From Octopus bimaculoides (Eukaryota): a stretch of 44,947 bases of DNA. Shown here piece after piece: positions 34,561-44,947 of the stretch. Location of the stretch: positions 135,981,064-136,026,010 of the forward strand of contig NC_068981.1 of the NCBI RefSeq assembly GCF_001194135.2, written 5' to 3'. The stretch's first letter is position 1. Every line of letters starts with the position of its first letter. A program made the translations under genes and the position numbers. Below the pieces are notes generated by a model. That model was not told the origin of the DNA. It was given only the letters and a program-made list of their open reading frames with translations, and searched no databases.

Positions 34561-34752
34561 TTTATTATCCTTCAGCAGTATCATTTAATCTTTAATTATA
34601 CACTTTTTAAACTTCTGGTAGATGAAACGGTGGTTGCTGTAAATATAGAATTTGTGTCTTTTTTTTTTTTTTTTTTTTTTTTNNNNNNNNNNTCCTAATG
34701 AAGTTTTCTTTACTGCTAGTTAAAGAGATAGTAATCCTTTTGTCCATTTAAA

Positions 34753-35166
34753 GGTGGCGAGCTGGCAGAAACGTTAGCAACCGGGCGAAATCCTTAGTAG
34801 TATTTTGTCTGCTGTTACGTTCTGAGTTCAAATTCCGCCGAGGTCGACTTTGCCTTTTATCCTTTCGGGGTCGATAAATTAAGTACCAGTTACGCACTAG
34901 AGTCGAACTAATCGACTTAATCCCTTGTTTAGGCCCTTGTGGGCAGTAAAGAAATAAGAAACGTTAGCACGCCGGGCGAAATGCTTAGCGGTATTTCGTC
35001 TGCCGTTACGTTCTGAGTTCAAATTCCGCCGAGGTCGACTTATCCTTTCGGAGTCCATATATTAAGTACCAGTTACGCACTGGGGTCGATGTACTCGACG
35101 TAATCCCTTTGTCTGTCCTTGTTTGTCCCCTCTATGTTTAGCCCCTTGTGGGCAATAAAGAAATAA
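34753..35166 (+). mobile_element. Head-to-tail SINE family A dimer flanked by a 17-bp target-site duplication
   Basis: Monomer 1 spans 34753-34957. Monomer 2 spans 34958-35166 and lacks about 15 nt of the head. aatccttttgtccattt occurs at 34733-34749 and 35169-35185. Confidence 0.9.
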
Positions 35167-35587
35167 GCAATCCTTTTGTCCATTTTCTGGGTAATTATGT
35201 TAGTACTCGGTTTATATATTTTTGAACTTTTAATTGAAAAATTATGGACGAGAATATTCATACTACTTCCTCAAAATTTGTATCAAACGACGTCTGGAAA
35301 AGATTTTTCTCTTTACTTCTTTAAGCATCTCTTATTAGATACTTGCACACTGGATTTGATTCTTTTCAAGTTCTCATGTTTGTGGTAATACTCTAACTTT
35401 ACCAATTTGGTGGTTTCGTTTCGCTATCTTCTAAAATGGACGTGGAACATTATTAGATACGAAGTTACAAAAAGATAAAATATCATCTGAAAAATGTAGA
35501 AAGTCAAACTAAAAACGAAAGCCTGATTATCGATTGAAGAGTCAGTATGATATACATACATGTATGCATACATACATACATACATAC

Positions 35588-35621
<34 letters not shown>

Positions 35622-35626
35622 GTGTG

Positions 35627-35666
<40 letters not shown>

Positions 35667-35710
35667 NNNNNNNNNNNNNNNNNNNNNNNNNNNNNNNNNN
35701 NNNNNNNNNN

Positions 35711-35749
<39 letters not shown>

Positions 35750-35954
35750 TAGATAGATATATATATACATATACATACATACATAAATATATATATATTA
35801 TATATACATACATATATATATATATATGTGTGTGTGTACTGTTTATTTATCATAAAAAGTTTCACAATAATTAGGAAGAAAATGAAACATACACATATGT
35901 ATTTACACATATATGTATTTACACACATATATGCGCACATATGTGTGTGAGTGA

Positions 35955-36040
<86 letters not shown>

Positions 36041-37121
36041 GTGTGCGCGTGTGTGTGTTTGCGTGTACATAAGAGGAAGCTGTATATCTAACTTCGCTAC
36101 TTCTGTAAATTGAACAAATAAAGAAATACGTGACGAATATCTATAGATGAGAAGGAAAAAAAAGCTATAGACAAACATTAGTATTCAATTAGATAATGAA
36201 ATCTTGTATTGGAGACAGCAAGTATATATGAAAATGAATATCAAAACATATTCATATATACATATATATANNNNNNNNNNNNNNNNNNNNNNNNNNNNNN
36301 NNNNNNNNNNNNNNNNNNNNNNNNNNNNNNNNNNNNNNNNNNNNNNNNNNNNNNNNNNNNNNNNNNNNNNNNNNNNNNNNNNNNNNNNNNNNNNNNNNNN
36401 NNNNNNNNNNNNNNNNNNNNATAGATAGATAGATATATAGATATATGTATGTATGTATGTATGTATTTATGTATATGAGCAGTTGAATATGCATTTGTAT
36501 ATATGAAATTTTTTTATATAGTAACTTATATTTACATTTCATTCTGCAGAAAAAAAATATTACGAGTTTCATTCAAAATTTCGGTTTATGCTTGGTTGTA
36601 GAGAGGCGTGTAGAAGAAACTAATAACGGATTATTGACGTATGTATCTAGAGTTAATTTACCTGGTTTTCAATTATTATCTTTAAACTTTACTATCATCT
36701 AAGTCATTTCTGCGTAGCGAAATCACTTTTAAAATATAGCGCTTATATTCAGTCAACACCATTTTAAATATTGTTTATTGAGAAAAGTTATTTTTTCTTC
36801 AGATTACCTTCTTACACTAATCAGTCTCTCTCTGCTTGCTTCGAAGTATTTTTCTACTCCTTGTGTTGTTACTTAGTCGTTAATCTATTTGTAACAAATT
36901 TATTTTGCCTGTTTCTTGTGTATTTGTTTCATATTTTCGGTTTGAGTATAGTATACTGAATAATGTTTTAGTTCTACTATTTAGTCACTTCAATATATTC
37001 AACGTACAGTTTATTGCATGCAAATTGATATTTTTTACTTGGATAGGTAGTGTATTTATACCTATTATCTCTTATTTTTGGCATTGATTGTGAGGTTTAA
37101 TTGCAGTACGACTTTTCACTA

Positions 37122-37230
37122 CTTGGCGGTGATTTGTCAGAATTATTTCAGTTTCCAGCTCTCTGTGCCCTGATTTCAATTCTCGCTCTAGTCAACGTTG
37201 TCTTTCAACCTTTCGGGGTCAATAAACAAA
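37122..37230 (+). mobile_element. SINE family A, decayed
   Basis: ggcggtgatttgtcagaat...gtcaacgttgtctttcaacctttcggggtcaataaa. Confidence 0.55.
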
Positions 37231-37719
37231 TTGTCTGGCAAATACAGAATTTGATTATTCTTTCCCTCTGTTGGCTCCATTGCATTTTAAAGAGGGTTGT
37301 GAGGCACCATCTAATGTTTCTTTCTCCGGAAAATGACTAAGGGTTGAACGAAGAATTAGCAAACTCATCTTAAAGTAAAATTACTGTTACTGAAACATTC
37401 CAAGGACCAACTGATACATAGCACAAAACGGAAATAAAAAGTCTCTCCAATTTCCCCTTTATATCTGTGGTTAGTATCTTATAAATTTCAACTATTCCCA
37501 AGTACTTGTATCGTTGGTTCACTTTTGTTTATACGATTCCAGATTGTACATTTGTAAACCTAATTAATATTTTCAGTCTTAATTCCTCTTTTCTTATTCC
37601 AAGAAGCGATAAATGAATTATTTTCTAATCCTTTACTCCTTTTGATTCCACAAATGGATTCATGCAGTGTTAAGTAAGTTATCCAAATGGGAATTGTCTC
37701 TTGCAAATCGTTTCAGATC

Positions 37720-37764
<45 letters not shown>

Positions 37765-38589
37765 CCTGCCCGTCTGTCTGTCTTATCAATCAGTTACTTG
37801 TTCAATATGAGTATTAGGACGGTTATATTTTACGAAATATCGAACATAATTTTACTGGTAATGGCATATAATAGATCAGAATATTACCGTCGATTTAGCT
37901 CCAATTATTGCATTTGATCTTAACTCCATATTCTCAAATAGAGTATGATGCAAGTTTTTTCGTGACTATGTAAAAGCGAACAACCAGAGAAGCAGCTGTA
38001 AAACGCAGACTACGTGGCGCCTATTGTAATAGAGTCTGCAATAAAGGGAGCGTCACAATTATCCGTTAGTTGACTATAAGTCAGAAAAAAAAGCAATATG
38101 ACTAATAGACCGGGATCATATACTGTCGAGCTGTATATTACTAATTATGGCATATAATATAAGTACAAACACATATAGATTCAAAATAACAAAGAACATC
38201 AGCTTCTCGATTAAAATCCAGATCTTTTCTAACTCGCATATACATATAAAAGGCACGAGTTTTCTGTTGATAGATCATTCATGATGAATCTCTCAACAGA
38301 GATGGAAGTACTAAATAATTAATTATCCAAAATCCTGACTATCACCTTTTTTTTTTATATATCTTATGTATCACTGTATTTTAATAGATCTATGATAACC
38401 ATTTTTTAACACAACAAAAGTTACACAAAGCCTTACATTTTACTTTTGAAAATCTTTTTTAAAAAAGTGAAACCAATCAAGCCAATAAACATCTTTGAAA
38501 GACCTCTGCATTTTCAAATCCTCTTTCCTATATATTTTCATTCGTGCAGTACCTTGCAAGTTTACTTTGTTATATATGTACACCACACC

Positions 38590-39185
38590 ATGCCCGAAAA
38601 TGCCACCAAAGTCGCAACAGACTGAAAACTCATTGAATCAAAGTATCTTAAAAGAATTACAGGAAATTTCCTCCAAACTTTCAACCTTGACTAACAAAGT
38701 CAAGAAGTTACATTTCTACCTAAATGGACTCCTGGAAGATAAAACAGTTAACCAAACTCCTGACTTCAACACTAAACAAACTAATCAAAACCATTGAGAC
38801 AACAATGCTCCAAAAGGCAAGAACATACAACAGACTGCTACTCAATAAAAAAAAACACACTAAACAACGTTTGGATTAAAAATCGCACAGTACGCAAGTT
38901 TGCTTTATGCCTTTAGGCGTGAAGGGTGCCACAAAGACTACATAGGGCAGACTAGTCTTACCTTCAGAGATAGGATGACAGTCCACCGCCAACAATTGAG
39001 GGATCCCACCACAAGAGAAATACCACTTAGTGGCCACTTAAATCTTTGTGCACAAAATAAGTCACCCAAATTCCTAGTTTTTCCCAGTGTACCAATGCCC
39101 AGACAGCACCACTGACCAAACACGGATCAATAAGGAAAATATCCATATTCAAAAATACAGATCACAACTCAATATACTCTAACAT
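38590..39185 (+). mobile_element. Penelope-like element fragment: GIY-YIG endonuclease preceded by a short coiled-coil-like frame, RT absent
   Basis: LLYAFRREGCHKDYIGQTSLTFRDRMTVHRQQLRDPTTREIPLSGHL..., then frameshifted RINKENIHIQKYRSQLN. Upstream reads MPPKSQQ...ILKELQEISSKLSTLTNKVKKL. Confidence 0.8.
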
Positions 39186-39199
39186 CTGAAAAAATATAC

Positions 39200-40520
39200 T
39201 TAGACTGCTGACACAAAAACACAATACCTACCCCCCAGGTACAAATCCACAACAAACACACACAGAAACACACATAGATATACAAACACACACATAAATA
39301 CAATGCAACACCCCCCACACACACATACATACACACACGTACAAACACAATATCCTCACGCTCGAGCACAAACCCACAGACATATATACACATGCAATAC
39401 GATTCTAGCAATCACAGTCAACACTCCCATATACATACATACATACATACATACATACATACATACATACATACATACATACACACATACATAAACACGT
39501 ATATGCACACACTTACATACACTGCTCTGGCAATTACAAGACACACACAAACACACCCACTCATACACAGATACACACACAAATACAACACAACCCACCC
39601 ACACATACGTACACACACACATACACGCAATACAATCCCAACAAACACAACAAACACTCACAGACATACACACATACACACATACACACATACACTCATA
39701 CACACACACAAGCACGTACACAATAACACACACCACCCTGGCAAATATAAGACACACAGATACACTCACACAAACACACCCACACGTATGCACACACTGC
39801 ACAAACAATACAAATAAAACTCACAATAATACACCCAAATATATACACGCACCACACAGAAAAATAACACACACGCACACACACACACACGCATGCACAC
39901 GTACACACACACACTTCATCACAACAAATATAGCACACACACACCCGAAAACTACATAGACCATACCCACATACGCACACACACACAATCACATACTCAG
40001 TACAATTATACACAGTGCGTACACGCACATACACACCACCCTGATAAACGTAACACTCACGGACACACACAGAACCCAAGACAAATACAACACACTCACC
40101 CATACATATGCACTCTCACATACGCATATAGATGCACACACATCACCCGGATAATTATAACACTACAAACAGACACACACACATACTCACGTGCACACAC
40201 ATACCACTCTCGCCAACATAACACATACAAACATACACACGCGCACACACAGACGTACACACACACATACACACACGCACACACGCACGCACAGCACTCT
40301 GACAAATACAAATCACACATACACACACACACACACACACAAACGTGCACACATATACACGCACCACCCTGCTAAATATAAAACACACAAACACAGACCC
40401 ATACATATACACCACACTGAACTCTAAGACCAGTAAAAAAAAAACTTCACACACAAACACAAGCATATATATATACACATACATAGAACGGTGCACACAC
40501 ACACACACACACACACACAC
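39200..40520 (+). repeat. Degenerate CA-rich minisatellite with a recurring CACCACCCTG(G/C/A)(C/T)AAATA-like motif
   Basis: Motif variants occur at ~39520, 39732, 40035, 40143, 40293 and 40362 in an (CA)-rich matrix. Confidence 0.75.
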
Positions 40521-41347
40521 ACCATCTTGAACTCTAAGATCAGTCCCAAAACCACTGAACCATGGCAGACTACTCCAGAAACAAAAAATCCTTTTGATTT
40601 CACAAACTATATCAATTCTTTCCCCCCACCAACCGACCTCCCACACTATTTCTAAAAATAGCGACCATCCCTGCCCAACACGCATACAAGATTGGAGATG
40701 AAGGAAAAAATGTTGCTCATTCCCCTAAAATTCTGTATAAATACATAAATATGATTTCTGATGAAGTTTTGACTAAGCAATACACGCTTTCTCCTATCAA
40801 ATACTGTCAACAAATTCTTCCTGTATATATGCTTCTATACAATCATGAATTTTTGATGAACTTATAAATAATTATGAATTTATTTTACAACCTATTTCGA
40901 ACACTTTTATGTAAACTGTTTAAACAAAAAGCCCCTCTTAACATTTTCTTATCATTGTCACAGACTGTATCACTGTATTTTAATATATCTATCATAACCA
41001 TTTTTCAACACAACAAAGGCAAAACGGGATGCTTTAGAATTTTTCCAAAGCATTTTCAAGCATTGATGGTCTTAGGTTAGTACATTAGTTAACAGAGTCA
41101 AAGCTAGACAGAGAGAACAGTGGACCAGATACAGAATTTATTTGAAAAATTACATTTCATGTGGGAATATGTTCGTTTCTTCTTTATCTGTTTCCTTGGT
41201 ATGGGTTCTTATCTTCATGGCTACCAATTTTCCCAAGCTTTTCAATTTCGACGTGGCTTGACTGTTAAACTTTCTAAATACTGGGGTTCTGTTTATATGC
41301 AGTGTCTCCGGTATCCATACGTGTGTTGTGTTAAGTGTTTTTCAGTA

Positions 41348-41473
41348 ATCAGCCTATGTCGTGCTGTTCTCCACTGTTAGAAGATTGTAATGGACACAGG
41401 TTTGTGTGTCACATAGCTAGCTAGAGGCAACATTCGTCCTATTTTTCTGGACTGCCATGTTAGCTTGACGATA

Positions 41474-41476
<3 letters not shown>
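41348..41476 (+). repeat. Truncated copy of the hammerhead-bearing repeat, with (TG)n tail
   Basis: Matches 43015-43170 (cacaggtttgtgtgtcacatagctagctagaggc...gataact), with an internal deletion between ggc microhomologies. Confidence 0.85.
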
Positions 41477-41564
<88 letters not shown>

Positions 41565-41849
41565 TCACACAACCCTTTTCCACAACTCTTCTGCAACTCT
41601 GTTGATGAGATGTGAATATTTTCTAGATAAATAACCAGATTGTCAAAGTGTAACGAAGATAAAGCTTTGTATTTTATTGGGATTTTGTTTGTTGGGCAGG
41701 GGAATAATCCATGTTAGTTTCGGTTTGTTAAATGAATATTGTTTTCCTTTATACAGTATCCAGTCAGGTACTAACTCAAGTCTCTTTAGTTATCTATGAA
41801 ATTTTGTTGACACAAATTTCATAGATAGTTTAATTTTGGTCAAAAATTA

Positions 41850-42030
41850 GAGATGACTTTATCAGTTCCAAAGCTTTCTACTTACTAAAAGTCTTTATAA
41901 GTACTGTTGGATTCTTCGATTGTTATACCGGATATTGCTTGCAGTTGTACTATATGCTTTTTTTCTCACTCCATTTCCCATCAATTGGGCTATTTTGTTT
42001 ACACTGAATTTTTCGTTCTCTGTATTCTCC
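41850..42030 (-). pseudogene. Possible highly decayed Penelope GIY-YIG-region remnant
   Basis: CKQNSPIDGKWSEKKKHIVQLQAISGITIEESNSTY loosely resembles the C..CP.DGKC....IVY.A.......TYIG pattern. Confidence 0.25.
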
Positions 42031-42885
42031 TAATAGAATTTAAATTCTGTCGATGCTGGAGTGTCATCTAGTGCCATGTTGTAGTTTCAAATTTGTTTTC
42101 CTAATGTCTCAGAAGATTTTTTTAGTAATTGTTTCAAATAATTTATTCTCATGAAAGACGCTTTTCAAAGCGTCTTTTCCAGCATAATGATTCGTTTATG
42201 TCTTCACTTAACTTCCGGATTGTCATTCGTTCCTTTGATGTTATACTGTCTTAAACATTTAGTTTCTTTTTCTTTTTTACTCTTCCCTTGAATAAAGAGA
42301 GGGATATTTTTCTTTCCAATTTTATATACTACTTTATCTTTTCAGTTTTTCCCCCGTAGGCTTGAATGAAGGAGATATCATTCTACTACGTCAAACTACG
42401 TCTTTTTTTCCTCTTCATTTTCGATACTTTTACACAGCTACTGAATACATTAACACGTTTAGCTTGTTGATGTTCCGGTTCGTTTTTGTGAAAAGAATTC
42501 GGGAAGAGATTTATTTTAGTCCATATTTCTTGATTTTATTGTTAATCGTTTCCGATAGATTTTCCTTGATACTAACTGTTATGAATCTGTTATGATGCAT
42601 GCTTTTAATATGTGCTTTTATTCAGTTTGTTGTCGTAGATGTGGGTTGAGAGTACATTTTTGTTGAGGCAGGTATTTGCTTGGTTATTTCTGTGTATAAC
42701 CCTTTGGTTGTTATTCTCATTTTTGGACTTCGTTCTGTTTCTCTATCTACCTTTTATTTTGCTATGATGCCGTGTTCTGTCTAAGTGCTACAGATTTTGT
42801 TGCATTTCTATTGTTTTAATGGTCTTATAATCAAATGTGTGGTCATTTTAGTTATATTATTATTAATATCTCTATTTCTGAAAAC

Positions 42886-43170
42886 CAGTGAATGTATTCC
42901 ACTGAAATTAGGTAAATAATCCTTCGTACAGACGGTCAGTAGCGACGCCTGCTGGGTTCGGCTGCTCTACATTGATAAGGGGTAATACCCCGAAACTAGT
43001 CTGTAGATGCCAGATCAGCAAGGGGAAGCGGCTGACTTCCCCTGTTCGAAGGTTATAAAGGCCACAGGTTTGTGTGTCACATAGCTAGCTAGAGGCGATG
43101 GCCTCTTGGAGCTAATCAACGGCAGCATTCGTCCTATTTTTTGGATTGCCATGTTGGCTTGGCGATAACT
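42886..43170 (+). mobile_element. Structured ~280-nt repeat carrying a hammerhead ribozyme (retrozyme-like or Penelope pLTR-like)
   Basis: Several hairpins (42937-42954, 43021-43043, 43091-43106) surround the ribozyme. The 3' end gataact is shared with the 41348 copy. Confidence 0.6.
42964..43010 (+). ncRNA. Type-I hammerhead ribozyme, U3-A8 compensatory variant; predicted cleavage after C43001
   Basis: GCUCUACA UUGAUAA GGGG-UAAUA-CCCC GAAAC UA GUC^UGUAGA(U)GC: stem I of 6 bp plus 2, perfect 4-bp GC stem II, palindromic ACUAGU stem III. Confidence 0.85.
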
Positions 43171-43189
43171 ATTAATATATTATTATTAT

Positions 43190-44331
43190 TTGATGAAAAC
43201 TCACAGCTTATTTTGCTGGGTATGATGGAAAGTGTCAGCCGTCTACAGCCAGAAGTCTATGATGACACTTGTTTACTGGCCATACTTCAAGAACCCTGCG
43301 AAGAAGCAATGCTGATTTTTGTAGGTGTTCTACCATATATATTTGTACCAATGTTTTTGAGCCATCTTAATAGTTGAATGCTATTTTCAAGTGCACCAAT
43401 TACTAAATCACTATTGGTATCACGTCTACTCTCTTCATTGACCACAATCTTCGTATTTCCCACTTCAAATCGTCGTAGTTGTTCAGTTTTTCTTCTTTCT
43501 CTTTGTTCCTGTTGTCACCAGGACATGCTATTTCGATTATCATGCAAGTCCTTTCTGTTTTTCTTTTCACCACAACAATGTCCGGTTTCCGATGTCTGGT
43601 CAGGTGATCGCACTGAATCATTGCATCCTACAGGATTTTGCAATTCTCATTCTCGGTGACTCCTTCCGGGGTTTTCTCATACCACGTCTTTGCTCTTTTT
43701 AGGCTGTGATTTCCACAGAGCTCTCAATGAACCATTCTTGCCACTTTATCATGTCATCTTTTGTATTTGCGTTGTGCTAATTTCGGGCATTCGCTAACGA
43801 TGTGCCATACCGTTTCACTCCTCTCACCACATATTCTGTATTTGTCGCTATCAGTAATGTTGTCTATTCTGCACTTCAGATAATTAGTCCTGAACGCTTG
43901 TTCTTCAGCTGCGCATGTAAGTGCTCTTATCTCTATCTTCAGGTCACTCCTTCTCACCCATAGCCACCGGTCTTCTTTATCTGTCTTGGCGTTGGTGTTT
44001 CTTGTAAAGTTCCCGTACATTTTTTCTCCTTCCATGCTATTTCTTTTTTTGTGTTCTTTTTTCTTTAAGTTTTTCTTTCTTGACTCATTTATCAGTTTTA
44101 ATGAAGCCGGCCTTCTTCACATGTTTCAACAATGGTTTCACAGTATTTTTTTATACACAACCCTAATCTGTTTCCTTCTGCTTCAATACAATCCTGGCGA
44201 CTGATCAAACCTCTCCCACCTTTTCTTCTGGACAAGTACAATCTGTCAGTGTCACTCTTAGGGTGGAAGGCTCCGTGTACTATCAATATATCTTGTCCTC
44301 ATATCTATATACATCAGTTCTTTCTTTTGCC

Positions 44332-44333
<2 letters not shown>
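43190..44333 (-). mobile_element. R4/Dong-like REL-LINE 3' fragment (thumb, CCHC knuckle, PD..D endonuclease), flanked by (TAA)n
   Basis: VHGAFHPKSDTDRLYLSRRKGGRGL; YRICGERSETVWHIVSECPKLAQRKYKR; HRKPDIVVVK...IIEIACP..KEKEEKLNNYDDLKWEIRRLW..VIPIVI. 3' tail aaataataataat; (ATT)n at 44333-44404. Confidence 0.9.
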
Positions 44334-44403
<70 letters not shown>

Positions 44404-44404
44404 T

Positions 44405-44865
44405 GAGTAGGAGAACAGCTCAGTATACCCATCATGACTACCCGTCTAAGGGTACACCAGGCACATGCATCACAACCATATGTCCGCGACATAGGGATCT
44501 CATATAAAAATAAACAGCGCATGACCTTGCGGGTGGGGGCCCAGTTAGAATCCTGCTCAGAAGGTCCCTGAATAAGGGTTCTATAAGGATGATGAACGAA
44601 ACACTCATATTTTCAGAGATGAATAATCCAAACCCCCCAATGAATTCCTCTCAACATATGGCTGTGATGCTCCCCCACTACTTCTGCTAGTGATCAGAGA
44701 TGTACATATCGTCAGCCATTGGTTAAGGTCAAACAACTGACAAGGCAAATCTGTGGTGTTGAATAGAATATTTGCTGTAGCCCATCTAAGACAAAACAAT
44801 GTACATGATAACACTTGCAGTCAGTTAAGACCAGAAGCCATGAGAGTCACTGCGTGGTACTGCAT
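44405..44865 (-). mobile_element. Family E retroposon copy inside an (ATT)n array
   Basis: Homologous to 27514-28068 with small deletions. (ATT)n on both sides. Confidence 0.75.
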
Positions 44866-44896
<31 letters not shown>

Positions 44897-44897
44897 G

Positions 44898-44939
<42 letters not shown>

Positions 44940-44947
44940 TAGTTTTA

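Noticed and set aside
39303-40685. Long H/T-rich and C/V/Y-rich ORFs (141-176 aa)
   Set aside because: They are translations of degenerate (CA)n/(TACA)n repeats, which lack stops in most frames.
41250-41345. Minus-strand IPETLHINRTP resembling a GIY-YIG C-terminus
   Set aside because: The match is very short, surrounded by stops, and adjacent to the unrelated 41348 repeat copy.

Overview
AT-rich, intron/intergenic-like animal genomic DNA from a gapped draft assembly (11 N-runs, mostly next to (TA)n). The SINE families and very dense (CA)n/(TA)n/(TACA)n/(AAT)n/(GATA)n microsatellites suggest an octopus/cephalopod; this is inference. No host gene can be named. Most ORF-track entries are microsatellite, N-gap or antisense artefacts. 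Recognisable content is mobile DNA: a decayed 2.8 kb CR1-like LINE (APE+RT, minus); three R4/Dong-like REL-LINE fragments with (TAA)n flanks; a second REL-LINE family sitting in (TACA)n arrays; two Tx1/L1-like 3' ends; a Gypsy integrase fragment; a decayed mariner; Helitron and Helentron-like remnants; a Penelope GIY-YIG fragment; and many SINEs, including a TSD-flanked dimer. The most interesting signal is a set of minimal type-I hammerhead ribozymes. One near-perfect U3-A8 variant (42964-43010) lies in a ~280-nt highly structured repeat (retrozyme- or pLTR-like) that has a second, truncated copy 1.7 kb away. One has a canonical core (17932-17989), two are A6U variants, and several are decayed. 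Three long fold-back palindromes also occur, near Penelope-like termini. A possible ETS-type promoter with minus-strand exons (~19040 leftwards) and one plus-strand exon candidate (26557-26729) hint at unidentified host genes. Many repeat boundaries are approximate. All calls were made by eye, without alignments or folding software.
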